Shown here in pieces: positions 22,987-34,300 of a DNA stretch of 64,000 bases. The translations under genes were made by a program, and so were the position numbers. The notes under the pieces are model-generated. The model did no database searches. It saw only the letters and a list, made by a program, of their open reading frames with translations, and was not told the DNA's origin. The stretch lies in NCBI GenBank assembly GCA_001687465.1, contig LVLI01000101.1, positions 186,001 to 250,000 of the forward strand, written 5' to 3'. This DNA is from Halocafeteria seosinensis (Eukaryota). The first letter of the stretch is position 1. Every line of letters starts with the position of its first letter.

Positions 22987-25963
22987 TCATTCCGCGTAGT
23001 CGTACTCTATAGCCCAAACCTCCAGGATGTCTATCTTGAACCTGCCAGATTCAGAACCAGACAACAGCTTTCTGCACTCATCGCTACCTCGTTTCATGCC
23101 AATACCGTAACTGTTCTCCAATTCGGAGCTGCAATCGGTCAAATCATCCATAAGAACGAGGTCTCCCAAGCCAAATTCCAGGAAATCAGTCGCAGAGCGT
23201 TGTGCGTCATGGCGGATCCAAGGTTTCCGCCGCGGTGGAGGTTGATCTAACAGCGATGTATCAGCATCGTTGGGGTTATCGACGACGTTACCGTCATTAT
23301 CAAACACCACACCTTGCTCTTCAAGATCTTCTCTTAGTGCCTGCATTTGTTCGTAGTAATTCTCCTCCATCTCATCTTGCATACGCTCATGCTCTTCGCG
23401 AAGTTCCTCATCGGTTTCCTGCGCTGGCCCTGTAACTCGCCCATGGAAGGGAATTTTGGCCAAGTGTGGGGACAGCATGAACAGGAATGACGAAGGGTTT
23501 CCGTGGTACATTCCGTCGAATCTCCAAGGTTCAGACGCATATCCACCGAATTGCCGATCACCACTACTGATGAGGACGAGGGTGGATGACGGCGGCTGTC
23601 CTCTGTCGGCCTCATAGTTCCGCAATGCTTCTTCTACGCTTTCTACATGAGGATATTGATTAAAACTACTGTAGAGAAGCGATGTCACTGGGAACAGTAG
23701 TGGAGACTCCGGGGCTTCCTCCTCAGAAGGGCGAAGAAACGGGAGATTCAAGTAGAGGGTCATTCCTATATCTCCGTCGGTAATAATCCGGGAGTCAGGG
23801 AAAACGAAGTCGGTTGGGATGCTATTTACAGCATCACCCAGTCCACGCGATCGGGTTTGTGCGACGTTTCGCAAATCATAGCGTTCTAGCAAACTTTCAA
23901 CAGGCATTTGTTTCCGCGTACTCGGTGCTTTATTCTGAGTAGGCCGCTGTGGTCTTGGGGAGTTTCCAGAACTATTAGGCTTCTTAGTTGAGGAGTGCGA
24001 GTCGATGCTAGACGAAGGTTCGCGATGTTGCTCAATGGATGAATGCTGTTGGACAGAAGAATGTCCGTTCCTCTTTGGGTAATTGCTAGCACCAGTTGGG
24101 CTCATACGCAGACGGGAATATGCCTGATTTTGTACCAACTCGGCTCGCTGCTTTTCAGCCTGGTCCACCTTGTCTCTATGTTCTTGGAGAATTTGCTCAC
24201 CGTATGACTGTTGACTAACCGGTAAATTTCTAACATAATTTTCAGCACTGTATAGTTCATTTCTTGCCTGTTGCACGAGACGATCCGCTTCTTCGATGGT
24301 CTGAGGTTGTGGCTGAGCGGATGCAGTAGGAGCGGGGGTATGGGCGCTTTCCCCGGCGGTATTCTTTTTGTCCTGAGCATATGGGGTCCGAAGGACGGGA
24401 CTCCTGTTCAATTCACTTCGGGACGCCGGTGGAGCTTCTGGAACGGCCCCGCCTTCTTCCTGCAGAAATTGCCTCCATGTTTCTTGCACTGTTGGCCCCT
24501 CGTTATTCGCGGAACCACCACTGTAATGAGGATACGAGTCATTAAAAGAGTATGGCATCAAAGTAGCCCCTCGTGTCGCTTGAGGCTGCGTATTGCTGCC
24601 ACTGCTCGGTTCGGTTTCCATGTAGTGACGCGCATCAGATTCTGGTATAACTTCCAAATGGCCGACGAGCTGCAGGTCCCCTCGGACATCATCCAGCACG
24701 GCCCGAGACTGTTTCAGCCCCACGCGGCCACCAGCTTGACTATACAAAGCCGAGCGCATAGCTTGATGTTTATCCCATGCCTTGATGAAGTCCATGGGTG
24801 GAAGAGCTTCTCGCAGGATAGGCACAAAGTCTTCTGTCCATTCGATTTGTTGCTTTTGTCTGCGTAGTTCGAGTTCTTCCCCCAAGAGGACGGCGATTTT
24901 CTTCTCCGTATTCGCATTAAGTTGGTGCAACACTTCTTGCATTCTTCGATAAATTTCGTCTTCAACGGCCTGGTGATTTTGCTGGATTTCGGACACCTTT
25001 TCAGTTATCGCTTGAATGGTGTCTTCAATTCCTCTCTTCCGTTCTTCCAGAAGCGGATCATTCTGTTGACTTGCATTTAACGCAGTTTCGTATTTGTCGG
25101 TCATTTGTTGAAGCATTTGCTCTGTCTGATCTTCTGCTTCAGGCCCCAATACTGAAAGAGCTTCGCGTACTTTTTGCCTTACAGCGTTGATATCGACCCG
25201 GAATCTTTGTCTACGGGAGCTAGCATCACTTGATGGAGGCGTTGTATGTTTCGGCGAATATTTGAAATGTACAATGTACTGTGGGAGTACTTGTGTCGAG
25301 TCTGGGATGATGTACTCATGCTGGTAGTCATCTGTGCGGGTGTTTTCCTCCGGGCGGTGAACATAATAGCTATCGTAACCTTCTGGCAATTCTTGACTTT
25401 CCTCTGGGTCATCCAAAACAAAACTTTTCCCAACACCCACCTTGCAAAGAACAAACTGATACTGTCCATTTTCAGCAGGGGGGTGGTCAATCCGGATCTT
25501 GCCGGTTCGGAAGGTCAACCCCTTCCCTGTTTCAGGCGTGTGAAATCCGCGACTGCACACCTCTTGGACATGGTTAGTTTTTGAAAGCTTGGCTGCATCT
25601 ACCCACGATTCAAGGCACATCATATTTTTCGTCTTTCGTTCAAACTGCATGGAGAGCTGAGGGTTTGACACCTTCCATGCTTTCATTTCCGTAATATCCG
25701 TAGACCTCAAACACAGCTGCAGTTCGAAAGAAGGATGAGAACTGGGCACATAGCCACTACGATACACGCCAATGGCTACGAACCTCTAATAGATACAAGA
25801 TCCGGGAATATTCCTCAGACTGGCGGGACAAGGGGATGACATCTCCTCCTTGCTCAGCTCTCGACGCTGAGAAGGATTCGTCCGAAAAGTGGGGATGTTT
25901 TTCTTCGGTGGCGCCACTGGCACCCCCTTTCTGAGGGGAGCGTCTTGCTGTAGCGAAACTCAT
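22987..25963 (-). CDS. ART/PARP-like domain + coiled coil + TLDc domain protein
   Basis: Exon 1 from ATG 25963, intron 25717-25783. N-terminal FVLCKVGVGKS..LPEGYDS..EYIIPDSTQVLPQYIVHF resembles the PARP catalytic fold. C-terminal FGGYASEPW..YHGNPSSFLF..FGLGDL..FKIDILEVWAI is TLDc. Confidence 0.75.
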
Positions 25964-27391
25964 CGTTTCACCACCTCTAGAATCATAAACTGATCAAGCA
26001 ACTTGGTCCACAACTTTGCGTCAGTTCCTTTTGGTCTCCTAACCGCCTCTTTTCGGCGCGCTAAGGGTTCATACACACTTCCAAGCCGATGTCAGTGAGA
26101 CTGCGCTTCCCGTAGTCTCCTCTTGTAGGCTAATTCAATCGAGGCATATGACATAAGGGCAGGGCACGATGGTTGAATAACAACAGAAGGCTTTTCGTGA
26201 ATGCTGCTGGGTACATTGATTGTCCGTTAGGGGACAAAAACGCGCGCGGTGTTGTGAAGGTCAGCTTTTGTCCGCGCAGTACCAGGTATACTATACCGCG
26301 ATTCGCATGGGAATTGCAAATAACCAAGGGATTGTGCAGCTGTACCAAGCGTTTGGTGGAAGATAAGATGACCGATAGGGATGATGCTTCCCCTGAAGAC
26401 CTCTAATGCTTCTGCAGAAGAACCCGGAAGGTGACGTTACCTTGGAGGACGATATATGGCACAACGCTCTGATAAACATATTTCACATTGATTCACCTGA
26501 TTGCTATCCATTGAAGGAGGGGTTGCAAACGACGAGAAAGCATTGTTGAGGATATCACTGCTAAAGCCGTCTGATGGCGGGTCGAGGTACCTTGCCCTAA
26601 TACACTTCTCGAATGCTGAGTTGATTGATACCCAGAATTTCAGGAGGAGGGCTGGGGGATAAGAACTTGATCAAGCAGACAGGGAAAGTGTCTGGATGCT
26701 GTGGACTGCATTTAACCCATATGAGTGAGTCCAGTTAACCATAACTTAGTGGCGACAACACCAACCCGGTTCCGTTGGAAAGCGGTATGCTCTGTGTATT
26801 TTCCAAATTTTATTGGGTCTATTCTAAGCTGACGAAGCCCCCGTCAGGTTCAGCGTTGGTTGGACAATAGATTAAACGTGAGGCTCTGTTTTAATCCATA
26901 AATTCTCATTCTGTTTCAAACAGTACAAGTTACCACATGTGTATCTTCTTGTGATTTCATCCAAATTCTGCTTGGGATAAAATGTTCTGGCTCCAGTAAA
27001 ACTGCTACGGAGCTGCGAACGCTTCCTTCAGTAGCGTAGCTGGAAGACACACCTGATTCCTCCACCGCGTTTTCCGCACCAGATCCTTGAACGTCTTCCC
27101 GAACACGTTCACGTCGGTATTTCAGGTGGTTCAAACCGCGTCGTTGAGTGCATAAGGGAGGAATACATTCCTTATTCCGTTTCTTGCCTGCGTTGGCTGT
27201 GCAGAGCTACTGTAGCGCCTACACAGCGCCTTGGCCGCTATTATAGCTCCCCCAACCAGTTTCCTTTTGAAAATCGCTCAGGCTTTGCTGTTTTTTAGCC
27301 TCTTTTACGTTGGGCATCCCATCTGTGATACCCAAGATATCGAAGGAAAAAGACTCTGGAAGCAGATAATAAGAGATAGCTCGCGTAAAAT

Positions 27392-29927
27392 ATGCCTCCC
27401 AAGAAAGCTACAGCCCCGAAAAGAGGGGCGAATCGTGTCCGGGAATCCAGACGAACTGCCCCCGCCTCCCCTTCGGATACAGGAATCCAGAACTCCCAGT
27501 CGTCAAGTTCCAGACAGGAATCGAGCGCGAGTCAACGAGGAATACGTACTGCGAACACGTCGGAAGGAAGAGATCTGGACAAAGCGTTGGAGGCAAACAG
27601 AAAATTCCAAGCGGAGCTGTACCAGCTCTACCTCCAACTGGAGGAGCAGAAGGTACGCTCTACTACCACTTTTGTGGCACCGTGTGTCCGTTATATTCAT
27701 GTGAGGTGTCTTAACAAAATATATTTTTTCCAGAGAGAAATTGGTCATGCGTTGGCAGAGGTGATCTACGAGAGCACGTCGGAAGATGTGTTTTTCGGAG
27801 CTGACGAGCATTCGTTTACCAACGAACCGCGCCAACTACCTCACTCCAGACTGCGCAATTTGCCGCTGGCCTCCCGGTACAGACGGTCCGTCGGCGAGCA
27901 ATTTTTCGTTGATCACAATGGGAAAGCGCCTACTCCAAACATTGTGGCAAAAGCTCGGGAGCATATTCGAAGACAGCTGCCTCCGAACTTTGGTTCGACT
28001 CTCATCTGGAAGCCTACCGACGATGCAGTAAGTTCCCACTGAATTGTTTTTGCAAGAATGTTAAAATACTATTTCGTTATCTTACAACCATTGCTTTTCT
28101 TCCCTCCAATTTCAGTTGTTGCGAGAAGGGGTTAATTCCATTGGAAGGAAACTGGAGCAGCAACCGGCGAACGGCGCCCCTGCTGAGGATGATGCTGCGG
28201 CTTCCGGCGCGGAAGAAGAAGCTAGTGAGGAGGAAGAGGAAAACTATCGGCCAAGAGGGCCAAAGAAGTACAATCAGCCTAAAGATTTGCTTCAAATTCG
28301 CTCCTCTACGTCGTTTAGAAAGCTTCGAAAGGAGACAGAGAGAATCAATTCTACCTACATCCCCGATGACATTGATAAAGTCGACTGGAAACAAATAGCG
28401 AGAAAATATTTACCGCGTATGACTCCGCAGGACTGCAAAGTGCGGTGGTGCTATAATCTGGATCCGAAGATCAACAGAGAGCCGTGGACGAGGGATGAAA
28501 TAGAGAAACTTACGAAGATAGTGAACCAAGATGATCGCAACGTAAGTCCGCTGTATATGCGATTTTCATGGTGCGAATTACGTTAAAGTTTTGCTGCCCA
28601 GTTGTGTAGCTGGGAGCACGTTGCTGAACAACTAGGTACAGACCGTCATCCGTTTGATTGCCTTAAACAGTACAACAAGAAGGAATGCAAGTATGTGATC
28701 AGTGCTGACGTATACTAGATACGCTTTTGTTCACCCAGTCACTTTTTGCTCAGGGCAAACTCTAAGTGGTCAGATGAGGAAGAGCAAAAGCTAAAGGAAA
28801 TAGTCGAACAGTACTTAGCTGGCTATCCAACTGTGGGGGAAAATTTCTTGGCAAGAGTACGAAAAGATAAAGGAGCATCCGACGTGTCCACCCTACGAAT
28901 GGCAGGCATGCAGACCGCTCATGAAGCAGTGGCTTCTGCGCCAGGAAGATCTGGTTTATTGCATGCGAGAGGAGATGCGCTTCTCACATTTTGTGGTGCA
29001 AAAGGTGGTGCGCCCCCAGGGGTTGGTATCGACGCGGATCTAGATCAGGATTGGACGTTAATTGCAGATCATCTTCCATTGAAGCCATCTTCTGAGGCAC
29101 GGAGAAGGTGGACTCAAATAGCTGACCCCTGCATTGACAGGAGCAAGTTCAGTGAAGAGGAAGATCGCAAAGTTTTGCTCCTTAACAAAGTTTACGGGAA
29201 TTCATGGAGTGGTACTGCAAAGCATTTGCCGAACAGAACGGGACAGCAAGTTCGTGAACATTTTGAGAACGTGGTGAATCCCCATCGCAACACGAAAGGG
29301 TGGACTGAGGAGGAAGACCAAGCTCTTATCGCCGCAGTCGGAGTCATTGGACGGAATCACTGGACCGGGGTAGCCAGGCATATGAAGGAAAACGGAGGGT
29401 TCGTTCGCGATGATGCCCAGTGCCTGAAACGATTTACATCTCTCCGGTATCAAAATCCGCAGCTGCAACACGTTGGTTTACGGCCAACTGGACAGGGTAG
29501 TTCAGGCAGAGGCGCTGCGACGCAGCCTACGAATAGATTCCGCCCCGTCGAGCCCACCACTATGAATTTCGAAGCTGCTACCTTTTCTGCTCCAGAGGTA
29601 TCTCTTGAGAGCCTACAAAATGCTTCGGCAAGCAGTAGCTCGACAGGCCGGACGAACCGCAAACGCGCCAGCAAGAAGAGCTCTCGTCGGAGTCGAAAAG
29701 AGAGTTCCTCCGCGGAACTTACCGACCAGTCTGGGGACACAGCTACAAGTGCTGCCAGAGTGGCCTCGGAGCTCGCGAGGAAAGAGAATGTCCGATATGT
29801 GGACTCATCTGAACTGGAGGGAGGAACTGGCAGTCAGAGTAGCGCCCATCTGAAAAGGCGTGCCCGATCTTCCACGGAGATTCCTGGTGTAGGAGTAAAG
29901 CTATCAAAGTCCAGGAGAAAAAAGTAG
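27392..29927 (+). CDS. SNAPC4: Multi-Myb-repeat protein, SNAPC4/SNAP190-like
   Basis: N-terminal coiled coil (KALEANRKFQAELYQL), then Myb repeats (VDWKQIA..CKVRW..DPKINREPWTRDE, WTQIADPCIDRSKFSEEEDRK, LPNRTGQQVREHF, WTEEEDQAL..RDDAQCLKRF). Confidence 0.7.
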
Positions 29928-29936
29928 CATGTTCGT

Positions 29937-30945
29937 TCATGGCTGTGTGGTTGTAGACTGGATGCTGACGAACAGCTCCGCAGCAGCGTTCACTGTCTCA
30001 TCTAGCCGAATTTTCCGCAAGTTTCGCTTCTCTTCCGACTGCTCTTTACTGTGTTCGGATCCATACGCGACGCTTTGGAGAATGCATAATGTGACAAACT
30101 GATCCAATAGCAGGTCATATGCCTGTTGCGGTCGTTGTGAAAGAGGCTGAACTGCGACGTTTCTATACTCCTCCGAGACTGCTCTACAGATACCCTGATT
30201 CCCGCCTGTCACATGCTCCAGGCTTTCAAATACACTTAAATCCTTAGCAAACATTAGAAGTTGGTAACGTTCCCCTTTTCTTTCTTTGATTTCTTTGACT
30301 GCCTTGTCGTGCTCCTCTTCAGCGCGTTTGAAGTTCTTCTCGGTCATTATGGTGTCATAGTGTTGTTCCGCGCAGGAATCAAGCTCATTCGCTGCAGTTT
30401 CGTCACACTCATCTTATGATAAACGTATGGGTGATCTCGTACAAAATTGGTTACATACCGAAAGCAGCTTCGACTGATTCCAGGATGCACCTTCCTTGGT
30501 ACAGGTCCCCGTCCGGTTCTGGCAACAAGTCCTTTTGGGTCAGACAAAGGAATTCCCTTCTCCATTCACGGTGCGAATTGAAGAACATATACTTGGAGGA
30601 GCAAGGAGAGTGCTTCATCAAATTGCAAGTGGGGCACCATTCATGAGATGAATACCAGCGCTGTTGAACTTTGGGGCGTTGGTTCCTCTGTGAGGCCCAC
30701 CTTTGATAGCATACTTCGGCGAGTCGTTGCCGGTTCGCTTGTAACTCCTGCTTCTGTTTGTTCGCCTCCTTAGTCAAGCAATGCCGAAGTTGCAGACGCG
30801 AATCCTTGGGAAAATTGGCTAGATCCGTCTCTGAACCAGGTGCTTCTGACTGACATCTTTCCACGATGTTGTGAGCAATCTGGCGAAATGAATCGCGGGC
30901 TGTTTGCTCCAGTTGCAACGCTGCCGTTCCTCCTGCGGCACTCAT
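29937..30945 (-). CDS. Hypothetical helical protein (at least 2 exons)
   Basis: Protein-like ORFs 30451-31035 (ATG at 30945) and 29937-30347 can be linked by a GT-AG intron near 30400-30460. No recognisable motif. Confidence 0.5.
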
Positions 30946-31397
30946 TCTTCTCGCGTGGTGCGAACTGACCTGCTGCCCAGGTGGCGAAATCTCCACGATT
31001 GGGGCATGGTCAATTCTTGCAGCTTTCTTGAGCAACTTCGCCGCTCAAAGTGGAAGTACGAAACTGGATTCTTGCAACAAACAATTGTGAGACTATAATT
31101 TTCTGCCTCATTTCCTTGCATCAAGCCTTGTTGTTTTGTACTGCAAGGTGGTGTGTCATAAACATGGTATATGTCTCTTTTCATTCTTTCTTGCGATATT
31201 TGCATAATTGTTCGGACAAGGTATGCTCATATGTGGCCCCGTGGATTCAAATTAGCTTGAAGTTGTGTTGCTAGCCCGGATAGTTTTTGTCCTTTGAAAG
31301 TCCCCCTGAATAGTCCACCACAGAGTCTTTTTGTTATTTCCTACAGCTATTTCTTGGGTTGGGAGTTCAACACACGGATACGAGTACCTAGAGGACC

Positions 31398-34300
31398 ATG
31401 CCTATTTCGGTTGGACTCGTTTTGGATGGCGACCCACAATGCCGCAAGCGGCTTGTGGTGAACCCCTCGTGGGGATATGAGCGCCTCATCCAGAGCATTT
31501 CATCGCGATTCAATAACATCGGGATTGAAGGGGTAAGATTATTCAGAATGCAGAGCCAAGTATCCTAGTGCATTCGACTCATAGTGCTGCAGATTCGTGA
31601 TCTCTCGGGAAATGCGATTGAAGCAGTGGAAGACATCTTTGAGAACGACCTGTTGGTCGTCACGCCCCAAGGCGCAAAATCCCAGGCTTCCTCCGTTGCT
31701 TTTGCGAACGCTCTTTATAAACAAGTCCCTCACTCGGAAATCGTCAAACAGATGCAAGTGTTGAGGAATGCGAGATCATCGGATTTCTCTTTAGAACGCT
31801 TGCTGGGGACAGGACAAAGTGGTCCAGTGTTTGCGGTTCGATGTGTGCGAGCCGACCTCCCCAAAACTAACAAGATGTACGCACTGAAGATTGCGGTGCC
31901 CTTCCTTGACAATTCGGAGCCATGTTTCGTTCGTGAATATGAGGTACTTACTTCCATATTGCCACACCGCAATGTGCTACAAGCCTGGGCACTGCTGCGA
32001 GACAAGATTCCCGATTTCGCACAAGAATACGTACCACAGGACTACAGGGTTGCTTTGGAACAAAGTTCAGAAGCAGTCAAAGCAAGCGTGCCACAAATTG
32101 TTACAGGTATGAATGACATGTGTTGGTGAATGTATCACGCGACTTCACTGCCATTGTCGCTGACACAGACTACCACCCGAGAACTCTTGATGCTCGCGTG
32201 ACGGAGTTACCTTCCCCCGTGCCGTATGCACAACTGCTGAGATTTGCGGAGGACTTACTTAGTGTAAGATTTGTTTGAAGTTCCTTGCATTTATCCCCTT
32301 TCTCATGGATGTTCGGAATGTGCATTGCAGGCGATTGCCCATTTGGAGGATCAGAAAGTGGTCCATGCTGACCTGAAACTCAGCAACATCTTGGTTGGCC
32401 AGGATGACAGTCTTGTACTATGTGACTTCGGGTCGGCTTTTTACTTTAGGGACTCATCTTTGACGGCCCAGTTTTCGCATGGGAAGAGCCCTGGCGGGAA
32501 CATTGGACACTTGGCTCCCGAAGTTTTGTCGCTCGTTAACGAGGCTACTGATAAACTGACCGAAGTGACTATTGACTACTCGAAACAGGATGTATGGGCT
32601 GCAGGGGTTATCCTTTATGAAATCATATATAAAGGAGTATATCCTTTGGAGGACTATCCTCATGCTTTTGAAAATTCGGGTGTTGTGTCATACACTAGTA
32701 AAGACTTGCCCCTACTGCCGTCTGCTTACCCCGAGAAATTCCACAGAATTCTAATTTGGATGCTTCAGAGTGATCCTGAAAAACGAATTTCTTGTATTGC
32801 GGCTCTTCGAAAAATCCGCACGCTATTGCTGGGTGAAGAGGACATCCGATTATCTCAGTTTATACAGGAGAGTCACTTTGCGTCAGACATAGGTGACGAG
32901 GACGAAGAAGAGGAGGCTAAGAGTGAGGAAAAGCCTGATGATGTTCGCGATATTCCCGTGAAAAGTTCTGTCGGTGCAAAAGCCCTGGTTAGGATTAAGG
33001 CAGACTGCACTGTGGGAGACCTGATCAAAGATGCCGTGGATGTATTGAACATTGCTGAGTACGTGACCCCATGTATATTAGTTTTGCTTTTCTCGTATGG
33101 GAATTCAGAGTTCTTCGTTGCTGAGCAGAGCCATCGAGACGTGCGGTTTGCTTATTAATGGCACCCGCAAAGATAACACGTTGCTGGTTAAGGACTTGGA
33201 CATGGACGATGTATCGTTCGTAATGATCGTGGGAGGGCTTGCTCCTTCTGTCGACGCAGTTCCTCGAGGGCCGCCAACTAAGCCAGGGCAAACTGCTATA
33301 GCCGGAAAGCAAGCAAATCCACCCATCCCTGTTGCTCCTCCAGCTGTCGAAGTAAACGACGATGATGTCCGAATGCACGGGCAAAATGAGGAGATGTCTT
33401 CGGTGAATCAGTCCGGCCAGGTTATACCGACCATCCAGGCTTCGGATCTTCGCGAATCCGAAAACGAATCTGACGCTCAGGGCGTTCAAAGACTGTTACC
33501 GAAGAGCACAAAGCTTTATGAAGGAACCAACTTAACTGGCGCTGGCTATGTGTTTAATCCTATGATGACAAACTCCGCCGTGAGATTTAATCAAGACTTC
33601 ACTGTTGCTGAGCATGAAGGAAAGTGGAGTTCAATAGCTGTTTTGATGAATCCAATTACGGAAGGAAAATGTTTGTTTGCTGTCAAACTCCTTTCGGCAG
33701 ACAGTGGCTGCGGTTTTGCAGTGGGTATGGCATGTGCCGCGCGTGAGAACTTTTCAAGCGTCGGTGCCCGTGGAAGGGAAGGCTTCAACCCAAAGACCCA
33801 TTCTCTTGGGGCTCACCCTGATTCCTTCGCGTACAGCAAGACAGGGAAGAAAGGGAATGGGAGCGGATTTCATTCTTACGGATCCGCAATGGTAACTGGC
33901 GATTGTATACAAGTAGAAACCGATATGGACAACGGAACCATCAGGTTCTATCGTAATGGGGTGGACCAGGGTGTTGCATTCGACAGCGGCATCAAGGGCG
34001 AAAGGCTATTCCCCGTTGTCTGTCTTGGTTCAAACAAGGGTGGGAAACTCACACGCGTTCAGTTGATCAATCCTGAGCCGATGTCTTTCGACAGGACGAG
34101 AAGCCATAGCCGCATGCAATGTGGGACCACTAATAGTCCTCGTGGGGTGAAAAACGAAAGAAAATGGGCGACTGCTTTATGCTCTCATAACGGCATTGTG
34201 TCAGGTCAGGCCACGTTCAGCATCAAGCTAAGAGCAGTTCAGTCTGGGGGAGGCGTTGCTGTAGGAGTCGTGGATGCAGAAAAATTCAACCCGAAGACTT

